A DNA stretch of 53,837 nt from Bacilli bacterium (GCA_017478105.1 JAFVEF010000006.1:1-53837); one strand, 5' to 3'. Shown: positions 38,970-49,172, counted from the stretch's first letter. The notes: generated by a model not told the origin, from the sequence alone. Numbers and translations: made by a program.

Positions 38970-39961
38970 TATATTGCCTCCAAACTTATCGCATGACAAA
39001 TAGAATTAATATTTTCTTTTTGATATATAAGAATTGGTGAAAATAAAGCTCCAGTTGCTAAAAACAAAACTCTTTTAATTTTTTTATTTTTTAATAAATC
39101 ATAAATATATGAATAAACAACTAAAGCACTACATACTGGTCCACTACCACCAGCTTTTATATTCTTTTGATTATCTAAATCATAAAGCATAACACCACAA
39201 TCATTATAATTTTCACTTAAATCAATGTCATAATATTTTTTCATATAATCAATTACTATTTCTTTTCCATAAATACCCAAATCACCAGTAAGTATTAAAT
39301 CATAGTCTTTTGGACTTCTTTTCGTTTCTCTAAAATGTTTAACCATTGTATCAATCGCAGCTCCTGCCATTACTCTACCCATATCATTAGGATCATTTTG
39401 ATTATAATCAATAATTTTACCTAAAGTTGCACACTCTACTTTAATAGATGTTTTCTCCTTAGTTAATAAACTACAAGCTGCCCCTGTTGCTGTAAATGTC
39501 GCACTATTTGGTCTTGGTGCACCATATTCAGTTGGATATCTAAATTGTTTTTCACTTGTCATGTTATGTGATGATACTAAACAAACAGCATTTTTAATAA
39601 AATTAGCTTGAATAAAATTAGCAGCAATTATCATTCCAAGTACACTACTACTACAAGCTCCATAAATACCAATAAAACTATTTCCAACTTCAGAAGCTCC
39701 ATAAGTAGAAGCTGTTATTTGATTAAGTAAATCTCCTCCTACTACTAAATCAATTTCATTCTTTAAAGTAGAACTCTTTTTCATAAGTAAAACTAAACTA
39801 TCTTTAACAGACTTAATCTCTGCTTTTTCAAATGATTTTTCCCCAAAATATAAATCATCATATGTTTTATCCATAAACCTTCTCAAGGGTCCCATCTTTT
39901 CATATGGACCACAAACAGTAGCTGTCTCATCTATATACACTTTATTATAAAAGAAAGTCAT
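38969..39961 (-). CDS. spoVAD: Stage V sporulation protein AD
   Basis: GDLLNQ, YGACS, EKQFRYPTEYG, YDLILTGDLG, GGSG..CS, TGAL.SP. Confidence 0.95.
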   Translation of the reverse strand: MTFFYNKVYIDETATVCGPYEKMGPLRRFMDKTYDDLYFGEKSFEKAEIKSVKDSLVLLMKKSSTLKNEIDLVVGGDLLNQITASTYGASEVGNSFIGIYGACSSSVLGMIIAANFIQANFIKNAVCLVSSHNMTSEKQFRYPTEYGAPRPNSATFTATGAACSLLTKEKTSIKVECATLGKIIDYNQNDPNDMGRVMAGAAIDTMVKHFRETKRSPKDYDLILTGDLGIYGKEIVIDYMKKYYDIDLSENYNDCGVMLYDLDNQKNIKAGGSGPVCSALVVYSYIYDLLKNKKIKRVLFLATGALFSPILIYQKENINSICHAISLEAI

Positions 39962-40410
39962 CCTATTCCTCCAATCAAATATCTAATCATACCAAAAAAC
40001 CAAGCTGCAACTACTCCATATATTATTACACTACCTGCTAACTTAAACATATTAGAACCAATTCCATAAATTGGTCCTTCATTTTTATAATCTAAACTGC
40101 TACTTGTCATTGAATGAGCAAAACCAGTTATTGGAATAATTAACCCACATCGAAAATAACTAACTAGATTATCAAAAAAACCAAGAGCCGTAAACAAACT
40201 AGCTAAAAAAATAAATACTACTATCATCAGAGTTGAAGAATCACTTCTTGACATATTTAAATACATACAAAAGGCCTCTATCATTAACTCACCTAAAAAT
40301 CCAATAAAACCACCACTAATAAAAGCCAACAAACTATTTTTTAACCTAGATTCTTTAGCTTTATGCAAATCACAAATTTTATCATATTTAGTATTTCTCA
40401 TAAATATCAC
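39958..40410 (-). CDS. spoVAC: Stage V sporulation protein AC
   Basis: AF..GG.IG, IPITGFA.SM, GIGSNMFKLAGSVI.YG. Confidence 0.92.
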   Translation of the reverse strand: MIFMRNTKYDKICDLHKAKESRLKNSLLAFISGGFIGFLGELMIEAFCMYLNMSRSDSSTLMIVVFIFLASLFTALGFFDNLVSYFRCGLIIPITGFAHSMTSSSLDYKNEGPIYGIGSNMFKLAGSVIIYGVVAAWFFGMIRYLIGGIG

Positions 40411-40455
40411 CTATCAATAATTTACCCAAAACAAATAAAAACATACAAAAAAAAC

Positions 40456-41073
40456 TTAAGAATATAAATTAACCTTAAGTTTTTGTAATATCTTTTTTTC
40501 TTTTCTAGATACTTGGACTTGAGAAATACCCAGTCTATTAGAGATTTCACTTTGAGTTAAATCATAATAATATCTAGCAAGTATTATATTTTTATCATCT
40601 TCTGGAAGATTATTAATTTCCGCTCGTAAATCCATAATGTCTGCATTAGTTTCATTATCTTTATTATAAATATCTAAATGATTATCCAAAGAATCTATTG
40701 AATCAGTCGCAATAATTGCATTATCAACCTCTTCTTCAGAAACATCTAAATATAAAGATAACTCTAAATTAGTAGGCTCTCTACCTAATTTTTGAGACAT
40801 TAACTCTTTTGTTTTAATTATTTTTTTCTTTAATTCAATTAATTCTCTACTAACTTTAATTCCACTATTTTCTCGAATATATTTATTGACTTCTCCAATT
40901 ATATAATAATAAGCAAAACTAGAAAATTTAGTACCAAAACTATTATTATAATGACGATATGCATCCATAAGTCCTATCATTCCAGCTTGATACAAATCAT
41001 CTAAATCATACCTTTTAGAATACTTACTAATTATACTATAAACAAGTCCTTCATATTCCAAGACCTCTTCCAT
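40456..41073 (-). CDS. sigF: SigF/SigG-family sporulation sigma factor (SigF by synteny)
   Basis: DDLYQAGMIGL, TKFSSFA...IIGE, IKVSR, LGREPT, TQSEI..LGISQVQVSR.EK; upstream of spoVAC. Confidence 0.75.
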   Translation of the reverse strand: MEEVLEYEGLVYSIISKYSKRYDLDDLYQAGMIGLMDAYRHYNNSFGTKFSSFAYYYIIGEVNKYIRENSGIKVSRELIELKKKIIKTKELMSQKLGREPTNLELSLYLDVSEEEVDNAIIATDSIDSLDNHLDIYNKDNETNADIMDLRAEINNLPEDDKNIILARYYYDLTQSEISNRLGISQVQVSRKEKKILQKLKVNLYS

Positions 41074-41125
41074 ATTCCTCCTTTCAAAAATAAATATAAA
41101 ACAACATAAAAAAAACTTCTATCTT

Positions 41126-41132
41126 TTCGACA
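41126..41132 (-). promoter_or_regulatory. Spo0A box (TGTCGAA) upstream of the sigma gene
   Basis: Exact consensus in TTTGTCGAAA context, ~53 bp upstream of the start, in CpG-poor DNA. Confidence 0.65.
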
Positions 41133-41197
41133 AAAGCTTTCAAAAATAGAATTTTTTAATTTTTAATTATAAAAATATTTATTTAATAGATAATTAA

Positions 41198-41665
41198 TTA
41201 CTTATCAGTTGATCCAAATCCACCAAGTCTTTCACCACTAGCTTGGTCATCATCAACAATTAAATATTTGGAAAAAACACCTTGTCCTATAGCTTCACCT
41301 TTTTTTACTATAACATCTTCATCTAAGATATTATAAAAAGCAAACATAATATGACCATCATTATCTGGATTACCATAATAATCTTTATCAATTACCCCAC
41401 CTGAATTTGCAAGAACAAGTCCCTTTTTCTTTGGATTAGAACTTCGATTATATAAATATAATACCTCATCATCCATCATATAAGCCTTTATTCCAGTAGG
41501 TATTAAAGTAGGTTTCTCGCTATTACAAGGAACTACTGTGTCACAACAACATTCTATATCATATCCAGCTGAATATTTTGTCTTTCTAACTGGTAAATTA
41601 ACATCTTTATCTAAATAATCTTTACAAACTTCAAATCCTCTATTCTTCATATAAAACAACTTCAC
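41198..41665 (-). CDS. dut: dUTP diphosphatase
   Basis: SAGYD, PTG, RSS, GVID.DY, R.GGFGST. Confidence 0.93.
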   Translation of the reverse strand: MKLFYMKNRGFEVCKDYLDKDVNLPVRKTKYSAGYDIECCCDTVVPCNSEKPTLIPTGIKAYMMDDEVLYLYNRSSNPKKKGLVLANSGGVIDKDYYGNPDNDGHIMFAFYNILDEDVIVKKGEAIGQGVFSKYLIVDDDQASGERLGGFGSTDK

Positions 41666-42134
41666 CTTTCTTAAGACTTTTTTTCACATCAATTACTCTT
41701 TGATTACTAGAACCCTTCCATTTTAAAGTAGGATTCCTTAATTCATCAACATATTGGCCATCAACCACAACATCTAAATATTTAGAAACTTCTTTATCCA
41801 TTAAATATTCATCAAATAAAAATCCAGTCCATGCCCAAATAGTTTTATTAGGATAAACCTCTTTAAATCTTTTTGCCAGTTTTAAAGTACCATCAACATT
41901 TTTAGGATGCATAGGTTCTCCACCAAGTATAGATAAACCAGCAATATGGTCTGGCTTAGAAAGTTCAATTATTTCATCAATCTCCCTATCAGTAAACTCT
42001 TTTCCTCCTAAAAAATCCCATGTTTCACTATTAAAACAATTCTTACAATGAAAACTACAACCTTGAAAGAAGATGGATACTCTAACGCCAGGTCCATCCG
42101 CAATATCCATCTTTCTAATTTTATTATATCTCAT
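41640..42134 (-). CDS. nrdG: Anaerobic ribonucleotide reductase activating enzyme (radical SAM)
   Basis: DGPGVR, CSFHCKNC, LGGEP, GSSNQR. Confidence 0.95.
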   Translation of the reverse strand: MRYNKIRKMDIADGPGVRVSIFFQGCSFHCKNCFNSETWDFLGGKEFTDREIDEIIELSKPDHIAGLSILGGEPMHPKNVDGTLKLAKRFKEVYPNKTIWAWTGFLFDEYLMDKEVSKYLDVVVDGQYVDELRNPTLKWKGSSNQRVIDVKKSLKKGEVVLYEE

Positions 42135-44344
42135 TATAAGTCCTTATTATCCAAGTGAATAACTCTCTCTTTTATTTCTTGAGTTCTTCCCTTATTCCAG
42201 AAATTAGATCCAATATATCCACAAGTACGTCTCGCAACATTCATTGTATCATGATCCCTATTTCCACAATTTGGACAATACCACTCTAAGTTTTCATCAA
42301 TTAGAATTTCTCCATCATAACCACATTTTTGACAATAATCTGATTTTGTATTTAATTCAGCATACATAATATTATCATATATAAACTGTATAACTGCCAT
42401 TACAGAATCTAAATTTCCTTGTAAATCAGATGTTTCAATATAAGAAATTGCTCCTCCTGGACTTAACTTTTGAAATTCACTTTCAAGTTTTAACTTAGTA
42501 AAAGCATCAATTTCTTCAAAAACAGGTACATGATAACTATTAGTAATATAATCACGATCAGTAATACCTTTAATAACTCCAAATCTTTCTTTTAAACATT
42601 TCGCAAATTTATATGTTGTAGATTCAATTGGAGTACCATAAACAGAATAATCAATATCCTCTTCTTCTTTCCACTTACGACATGCATCATTTAAATACTG
42701 CATAACAGCCAATCCAAAATCTTTACCTTTTCCATTATCAGTATGTGAATGCCCAGTCATATATTTAACACATTCATATAATCCAGCATAACCCAATGAT
42801 ATAGTAGAATAACCATGATGTAATAATTCATGAATAGATTCACCTTTATCTAATCTTGCTAAAGCACCATGTTGCCATAAAATAGGTGCAACATCACTAG
42901 TAACTTTAGATAATCTCTTATGACGTATTTGTAAAGCTCTATGACAAAGTTCAAGTCTTTCATCCATTATCTTCCAAAAATCATCCATATTTTTATCACT
43001 AGATAAAGCAACATCAACTAAATTCAAAGTAACAACACCTTGATTAAATCTACCATAATACTTACCTTTTCCAGGAACATAGTTTTTAGCTTTAGCTATA
43101 TTGCCCAGAGAAATACTTCTATCAGGAGTTAAGAATGAACGACAACCCATACATGGATAACAATCCCCTTCTCCATTTTCATTTTTCTTTAATTCTAGCA
43201 TTATTTTTTCAGATATATAATCAGGAACCATTCTCTTGGCTGTACATTTCGCAGCTAATTTAGTTAAATAATAATACTTACTACCTTTATGAATATTATC
43301 TTCTTCTAATACATATAAAAGTTTAGGAAAAGCTGGAGTAATATAAACACCACTTTCATTCTTCATTCCTTGAATTCTTTGATTTAAAAATTCCTCAGTA
43401 ATCATAGCAACTTCTTCTTGATATTCTTTATCTTCACCTAAATACATACAAACACTTAAAAATGGAGCTTGACCATTAGTATTAGTCATAGAATTAATTT
43501 GATATTGGAAAGTTTGTACTCCATCAGTTATTTCTTTTTTCAAATCTTCTTCAACAAACTTTTCAATTTGAGCTTTAGTTAGTTTTCTATTTTTATATCT
43601 TTTCTCATAATATTTACGACTACTTCTAACAAAAGGAGCTAAATGAGTCAATGTAATAGTTGCTCCTCCATATTGTGATGAAGTAACAGCAGTTATAAGT
43701 TGTGTAGCAATTGTCATAGCAGTTAAAAATCTATGTGGTTTTTCAATCATAACACCATTCATATTAGTTCCATTTTGTAACATATCATCTAAATTTATTA
43801 AATCACAATTATGTAAAGCATTTTGAGCAAAATAATCAGCATCATGGAAATGAATTATTCCATCATCATGTGCTGTAACAATATCTTCAGGTAGTAAAAA
43901 TCTACGTGTAATATCTGTACTAGTAATACCTGCTAAATAATCTCTTTGTGTAGTAACAACTTTAGCATTCTTATTAGAGTTTTCTGTATTCCAATATTCA
44001 TTTTCTCCATCAATTAATTCTTTAATACTTTGATCTGTAGTATTACTACGACGAACTAATTCACGTGTATAACGATAAGTAATATAATGCTTCGCAAGTT
44101 CATACTTACCAATAGACATTAACTTCATTTCAATAATATCTTGAATATCTTCTACAAGAATTCTTTTCTTACCTAATTTTTCTATGTATTTAATAATATT
44201 TTTAATCTGTACAGAAGAAGCCTTTTCCTCCTCTTCTACTTCAGTATTAGCTCTGTTAATTGCATTTTCTATCTTTTCAGGACACCAATCAACCATATGT
44301 CCATCTCTTTTAATTACCTTCATATAACGCACCTCTATCATCAA
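42134..44344 (-). CDS. nrdD: Class III ribonucleoside-triphosphate reductase (likely start MKVIKRDG)
   Basis: ATP cone VIKRDG, IHFHD, NC, MGCRS, TPIES, TNSYH, CxxC..CPNC, RTCGY glycyl-radical loop. Confidence 0.96.
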   Translation of the reverse strand: MMIEVRYMKVIKRDGHMVDWCPEKIENAINRANTEVEEEEKASSVQIKNIIKYIEKLGKKRILVEDIQDIIEMKLMSIGKYELAKHYITYRYTRELVRRSNTTDQSIKELIDGENEYWNTENSNKNAKVVTTQRDYLAGITSTDITRRFLLPEDIVTAHDDGIIHFHDADYFAQNALHNCDLINLDDMLQNGTNMNGVMIEKPHRFLTAMTIATQLITAVTSSQYGGATITLTHLAPFVRSSRKYYEKRYKNRKLTKAQIEKFVEEDLKKEITDGVQTFQYQINSMTNTNGQAPFLSVCMYLGEDKEYQEEVAMITEEFLNQRIQGMKNESGVYITPAFPKLLYVLEEDNIHKGSKYYYLTKLAAKCTAKRMVPDYISEKIMLELKKNENGEGDCYPCMGCRSFLTPDRSISLGNIAKAKNYVPGKGKYYGRFNQGVVTLNLVDVALSSDKNMDDFWKIMDERLELCHRALQIRHKRLSKVTSDVAPILWQHGALARLDKGESIHELLHHGYSTISLGYAGLYECVKYMTGHSHTDNGKGKDFGLAVMQYLNDACRKWKEEEDIDYSVYGTPIESTTYKFAKCLKERFGVIKGITDRDYITNSYHVPVFEEIDAFTKLKLESEFQKLSPGGAISYIETSDLQGNLDSVMAVIQFIYDNIMYAELNTKSDYCQKCGYDGEILIDENLEWYCPNCGNRDHDTMNVARRTCGYIGSNFWNKGRTQEIKERVIHLDNKDL

Positions 44345-44382
44345 ATTATAAAATAATTATACACACAAATTTAGAAATATAT

Positions 44383-44400
44383 TTGTTGCATTTGCAACAA
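44383..44400. promoter_or_regulatory. Palindromic Crp/Fnr-type operator
   Basis: Perfect inverted repeat TTGTTGCA-TT-TGCAACAA between the divergent nrdD and regulator genes. Confidence 0.65.
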
Positions 44401-44439
44401 TTTACATAATTTGCTAAAATATTTTTAGAAGGTGAAAAA

Positions 44440-45066
44440 ATGACTAATCTTTTTGAAAATATTAATGATAAAAATATCGATAAATTAAAACGATTTCTAA
44501 GAGCTCTTACAGTAAATTATCCCAAAAATATTAATGTCCTATCCAATGTAAACCTTGACAATTATATCGCAATTATTGACAAAGGCAGTGTACAATTCAT
44601 ATACAATGACTATGATGGCAATAAGACGATAATCGAAGAATTAAAAGAAGGGGAATTATTTGGTACTCTACTATCATCTATTACGGAAGAGGTCGACTGT
44701 ATAACTAAAGAACAAACACAAATAACTTATATTGAATTCAATGATATAACAAACGATGAAATAATAAAATCAGAGTTTTATATTGTCTTTATAAAGAATC
44801 TAATTAAATTATTAAGTGATCAAGTAAAAAATAAAAATAATAGAATTGAATTACTAACAAAGAGAACTACAAGAGATAAATTACTAGAATACTTTAGAAT
44901 GCAATCCCAAGAAAAAGGAAGTAAAACTTTCACAATACCATTAACATATACCGAACTTGCAAATTACCTATCAGTAGATAGAAGTGCTATGACAAGAGAA
45001 TTAAACTATCTAAAAGAAGATAATCTAATAAAAACCAATAAAAGAAGAATTACTCTTCTATACTAA
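44440..45066 (+). CDS. Crp/Fnr family transcriptional regulator
   Basis: cNMP-like domain (G.LFG), RDKLL.Y, ELANYLSVDRSAMTREL HTH. Confidence 0.9.
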   Translation: MTNLFENINDKNIDKLKRFLRALTVNYPKNINVLSNVNLDNYIAIIDKGSVQFIYNDYDGNKTIIEELKEGELFGTLLSSITEEVDCITKEQTQITYIEFNDITNDEIIKSEFYIVFIKNLIKLLSDQVKNKNNRIELLTKRTTRDKLLEYFRMQSQEKGSKTFTIPLTYTELANYLSVDRSAMTRELNYLKEDNLIKTNKRRITLLY

Positions 45067-45093
45067 AAAAGAAAAGATCTAATCTTTTCTTTT
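45065..45093. terminator. Bidirectional intrinsic terminator
   Basis: AAAAGAAAAGAT-CTA-ATCTTTTCTTTT between convergent genes. Confidence 0.65.
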
Positions 45094-45097
45094 ATCT

Positions 45098-46762
45098 TTA
45101 TGTATCATTTCCACCTTTTACAACAAATGTTAATCCTGATGGTTTCCCATTACTTGCATTTAGTCTATCACAATCAGCTTGTGTTCTTCCGTAACCTGTA
45201 GTTGCTAATGAGCCAGTAAACATTCCACCCATATTGGTTACATTTGACGTATCCATACTACTTAAATCAATTGTAGTAAGTCCTGTTGTATTATAAAACA
45301 TTCCAGACATACTAGTAACTTCACTAGTATTTACATTTTCCATTATAACACTGCTTAATAAGGAAAGATCAGCAAATAATCCATTAGTACTTTTTGCTTT
45401 ATTAAAGTTCCAGTTACTTATATCTATTGTAGTTGCCTGACTACCATTAAATATTTCTGAGAAATTGGTAACTTTACTAGTATCAAAATTACTTAAATCA
45501 AGTGTAGTAACTTTTGTATTTGCAAACATTCTACTCATATCAGTAACTTCACTTGTATTTACATTATCCATTATAATTGTAGTTGCTGCAGTATCAGCAA
45601 ATAAAATTCTTGTACTTTTTACTTTATTAAAGTTCCAATTGCTAATATTTATTGATGTTGCTAAAGAATAAGAAAACATACTACTCATATCTGTAACTTT
45701 GCTTGTATCAAAATTACTTAAATCTAATGAAGTTACCACACTAGACTCAAACATGCCATACATGGCTGTTACGTTCGAAGTATCAAAACTACTTAAATCT
45801 AGTGTATTAAGATTATTTGCATGAAAAAACATTCCACTCATGTTAGTAACTTTTGAAGTGTTAAAAGTACTTAAATCAAGTGTAGTAACTTTTGTATTTG
45901 CAAACATTCCGTTCATATCAATCACATTTAAAGTATCGATTGTAGATAAATCTATTGAAGTTGCTTGACTTTCATTAAACATAACAGACATATTAATAAT
46001 TGGATAATTATTGACTGAACTACAGATTGTTGATGTTACTGGTGATGTAGAAGTAGCATCAGTTAATTTAACAGACCATCCATTTTCTGCTTCACTATAA
46101 GTATACGTATATTGTCCATTTGTATATGTTGCGTTATTTACTAATTCTCCATCATAAGTACATGGATGTGCACCTACATAGACAATAGCAGAATCATTTG
46201 CTTGAACATAATTGACTGTTGCAGATATATTAAAAACTGTATCTTCTTGTGGATAATTTGTTGTATCGGCATTTTCTAAATATTTAAATGATACTTTTAA
46301 AGTCTTTGTTTCTCCTTGTTTTAAATATTCATGTTGTGATATTGGGGATCCATTACGATATGTTACTTCATAACTTAGATACTTTGCTTGAGCGGTTGTT
46401 AGTTCTGGTAAGAGTACTAAACTATCTACCATTGCATCAATTGTTCCTGAGTTTACTACATCAATATAAAACTCATACTTATCGCCTGGATTTTCTAATT
46501 GAGCAGAAAAACTAACTGTAGTTAATTCTGATATTGCAGGAGCTGTTACTGGTTCTACACTACCTTCTACTGGTTGAATATTATCAAAGTGAACATTCCA
46601 TTCATTATCTTTTAACTTAGTAACTCCTACAATTGATAAATCTGTCCTTAAATATGCATATCCTAAACCTAGAGCTACACATACTAAAACAAACAAAGGA
46701 ATTAAGAATCTTGTTTTATAATTATATTTAAACTTTTTAACAAATCTTCTTTTAAACTTCAT
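45098..46762 (-). CDS. Surface protein: SipW-like N-terminal domain plus DUF285/BspA-type leucine-rich repeats
   Basis: LGYA|YL; ~9 repeats of MF...LDLS.FDTSKVT.M. Confidence 0.85.
   Translation of the reverse strand: MKFKRRFVKKFKYNYKTRFLIPLFVLVCVALGLGYAYLRTDLSIVGVTKLKDNEWNVHFDNIQPVEGSVEPVTAPAISELTTVSFSAQLENPGDKYEFYIDVVNSGTIDAMVDSLVLLPELTTAQAKYLSYEVTYRNGSPISQHEYLKQGETKTLKVSFKYLENADTTNYPQEDTVFNISATVNYVQANDSAIVYVGAHPCTYDGELVNNATYTNGQYTYTYSEAENGWSVKLTDATSTSPVTSTICSSVNNYPIINMSVMFNESQATSIDLSTIDTLNVIDMNGMFANTKVTTLDLSTFNTSKVTNMSGMFFHANNLNTLDLSSFDTSNVTAMYGMFESSVVTSLDLSNFDTSKVTDMSSMFSYSLATSINISNWNFNKVKSTRILFADTAATTIIMDNVNTSEVTDMSRMFANTKVTTLDLSNFDTSKVTNFSEIFNGSQATTIDISNWNFNKAKSTNGLFADLSLLSSVIMENVNTSEVTSMSGMFYNTTGLTTIDLSSMDTSNVTNMGGMFTGSLATTGYGRTQADCDRLNASNGKPSGLTFVVKGGNDT
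45230..46000. repeat. DUF285-type intragenic repeats (~24-25 codons each)
   Basis: Includes an identical 40-nt block ACTTAAATCAAGTGTAGTAACTTTTGTATTTGCAAACATT near 45491 and 45869. Confidence 0.8.
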
Positions 46763-46768
46763 AAATTC

Positions 46769-47464
46769 TTACTTCCTTTCTAATTCTTTTTTATAAATAA
46801 CTAATAATACTCCTACTATTCCTAATATAATAAAAGGAATTAAATTCTTAGTATCTCCAAGTATTCCAGTATCTGGTATTGGTAATATTTCAATAATATC
46901 AGTATTTGGATTAACTATATCATCACCAGGATCTTCTGGTTCAGGATCAGGATCTTTTCTATAATCAGCATAAAAAGTCCAATCTATTTTAGAATTACCA
47001 TAAACTTTAGTACTCCCATAACTTTCTAATAATTTAGTTTCAACTACCATTACACTTCTATCTTCAGGTTCAAATTTACCAAGTAATACTACATCTTGTA
47101 AATTAACACCTGTATTAGAATAATCTAATCCTCTAACAAATCCATCATATATTAATTCATCATCTAAATATATTTTCATAGTTAAATGATCAAATAAATC
47201 TCTAACATTACTATCATTATCAACAGGAATTACTTTAAAATATAATTCATGAGCTTCTTCTGTCCCATTCTCTATTATAAGTTCATCTCTAAAAGTATCT
47301 CCAGGCATCATATCTAAATGTTTTAAAAATACTTTTTCATCAATTAAACTACTTTGATAATATAATTGACCATCTTCTTCAGTAAAATATAATTTATTTT
47401 CTAAAGCATTAACTGGACTAATAATAAGAAAAAATAATAATAGAAACGTAATTATCTTTTTCAT
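46769..47464 (-). CDS. Sortase-anchored cell-wall protein (IPDTG) with TasA-like domain
   Basis: Sec signal VNA|; MMPGD...IEN motif; Pro/Asp linker; IPDTG plus TM plus basic tail. Confidence 0.78.
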   Translation of the reverse strand: MKKIITFLLLFFLIISPVNALENKLYFTEEDGQLYYQSSLIDEKVFLKHLDMMPGDTFRDELIIENGTEEAHELYFKVIPVDNDSNVRDLFDHLTMKIYLDDELIYDGFVRGLDYSNTGVNLQDVVLLGKFEPEDRSVMVVETKLLESYGSTKVYGNSKIDWTFYADYRKDPDPEPEDPGDDIVNPNTDIIEILPIPDTGILGDTKNLIPFIILGIVGVLLVIYKKELERK

Positions 47465-47477
47465 AATTTAACCCCCC

Positions 47478-48134
47478 TTAGGCAATAGAAACATTAGTAC
47501 CCCATACAGTTCTATATTGATCAAATTGAACTGTTTCTACTTTTATAGTTAAAGTATAAGTACCAGAAGAATATCCTCCTGATGTAGTAGTACAAGTTTT
47601 TGTATGTAAACTACTATTTTCTACACAATTACTATCTAAATTAATCTCTACATCTTTATTAAATGTAACAGATTGAATAAATGAAGATGTACTTTGATTC
47701 TTACTTATTTTATTTTTGTAATAATAATAAGTTTTTCCACCTTCAGTAGCTTGAGTCCATTTAGTATTTAAATCACTACTAAAATTAATAACTGCTGCTC
47801 TTACACCATTAGATACTAATGGCATACTTCCACCACTAGAATTTTTCCACTCTTCAGTATAACTAATTCTAACAGCAGCATCTACATCACCAGTATTTCT
47901 AGCAATTATAGTTTTAGGAGTAGTAGTTCCAGGTGTCCAATTATTTGGACTTTCAAAAGTTTCTACAACTTCCATTCTATATGGTTTAGTACTAAAAATA
48001 TTACTAAAAGTATCACTACTAGTAAAATAAGCAAAAGTACCTCCAATAAAACCTAATAATGCTATAACTAATAATGCTATAATTGATTTTTTCTTTCTAT
48101 TTTTCATCTTTAATATCTCCTTTTTTATCATCAA
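47478..48134 (-). CDS. BsaA-like SipW-dependent biofilm/fibre protein (likely start MKNRKK)
   Basis: GTFA|YFTS, E.F, WTPG...K..NTG, VRI, YYYYK, ETVQ...VWG. Confidence 0.8.
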   Translation of the reverse strand: MMIKKEILKMKNRKKKSIIALLVIALLGFIGGTFAYFTSSDTFSNIFSTKPYRMEVVETFESPNNWTPGTTTPKTIIARNTGDVDAAVRISYTEEWKNSSGGSMPLVSNGVRAAVINFSSDLNTKWTQATEGGKTYYYYKNKISKNQSTSSFIQSVTFNKDVEINLDSNCVENSSLHTKTCTTTSGGYSSGTYTLTIKVETVQFDQYRTVWGTNVSIA

Positions 48135-48597
48135 TAATATTACTTAGTAAAAATTCAAGTACCAATATAGTAACAACAATCGCTACTAAGTATAAATGTT
48201 CATTAACAAACTGTATAAAGTATCCTACATATGGAATATATATATTACTATCAACTCCCATAATACTACTATAAGTAAGATCTAAACTATCTACACTATT
48301 ATTCGCATCACCTTTAGTTTGAATAATACCATTATTAATACTTGTAATTCTATGAGATACTAGAGTCTTATTATCTTTTAATTTAAAAGTAACAATATCT
48401 CCTACTTTTAAATCACTCTCTTCTACTGGATGATAATATATTACACTTCCTGTTGGTAAAGTAGGTTCCATAGAACCAGATAATACAACTAATGGTTTAT
48501 AATTAAACAACATTGGTAAACATATTATTACATATAAAGTTATAAGTATATAAATAATATTAGATAAAAAGTGTATTATTTTTTTTATTATTTCCAT
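48097..48597 (-). CDS. sipW: SipW-type signal peptidase I
   Basis: VLSGSMEP, GDIVTF, VSHRI, TKGDAN..D, IPYVGY. Confidence 0.92.
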   Translation of the reverse strand: MEIIKKIIHFLSNIIYILITLYVIICLPMLFNYKPLVVLSGSMEPTLPTGSVIYYHPVEESDLKVGDIVTFKLKDNKTLVSHRITSINNGIIQTKGDANNSVDSLDLTYSSIMGVDSNIYIPYVGYFIQFVNEHLYLVAIVVTILVLEFLLSNIIDDKKGDIKDEK

Positions 48598-49172
48598 GTA
48601 ATATCATCTCCATTTATCTCAATATCCTTACCCCATATTTCTTTAATAGCTTTTGGAGTTGCTTGAATAGCTTCATAATTAAATATTAAATTATAGTCTT
48701 TATACAAAGAACTACTACTAGAAGATGAAATACTTCCACCACTTAATTGAATACTATCAAGTATTTGTAAAGTATCTCCTCCTTTAACAACTTTTTCTAA
48801 ATAACACCATCCATCATGATATCCTAAATAACCTGGTTGAGTAGAAGTTGTAGTACCATTATTAACCCATGTTTTAATAACTCCTACCCCTCCTGGATTA
48901 GCATCCAATAAATTATTACTAGTATCTTTCCATACTTCGTTATAATTATATCTTATAATTACATCTACACCATCTTCATTATTTACAAAAGACACTTTTT
49001 TAGTTCCCCAAGTATCATAAAACTCTTCTTCTATTTTTACATCATATATTCTAGTTTTAAATTGATTAGGAATTACTACATTAGAATAAAATAAAGCAAA
49101 TGTTGTACCAATAAAAACCATTACTAATAATAAAATTATAAAAACTAATGGTTTTTTCTTTATCTTTCTCAT
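48588..49172 (-). CDS. BsaA-like SipW-dependent protein (paralogue of 47478)
   Basis: TTFA|LF, NQF, EEF, DGW.Y, EAIQAT...IWG. Confidence 0.75.
   Translation of the reverse strand: MRKIKKKPLVFIILLLVMVFIGTTFALFYSNVVIPNQFKTRIYDVKIEEEFYDTWGTKKVSFVNNEDGVDVIIRYNYNEVWKDTSNNLLDANPGGVGVIKTWVNNGTTTSTQPGYLGYHDGWCYLEKVVKGGDTLQILDSIQLSGGSISSSSSSSLYKDYNLIFNYEAIQATPKAIKEIWGKDIEINGDDITWK

Noticed and set aside
44358-44382. Possible NrdR box upstream of nrdD
   Set aside because: Only a partial ACAC match; no tandem palindromic pair.
45230-46000. Duplicated DNA blocks as diversity-generating retroelement TR/VR
   Set aside because: Ordinary DUF285 repeat duplication; no reverse transcriptase and no adenine-specific mismatch pattern seen.
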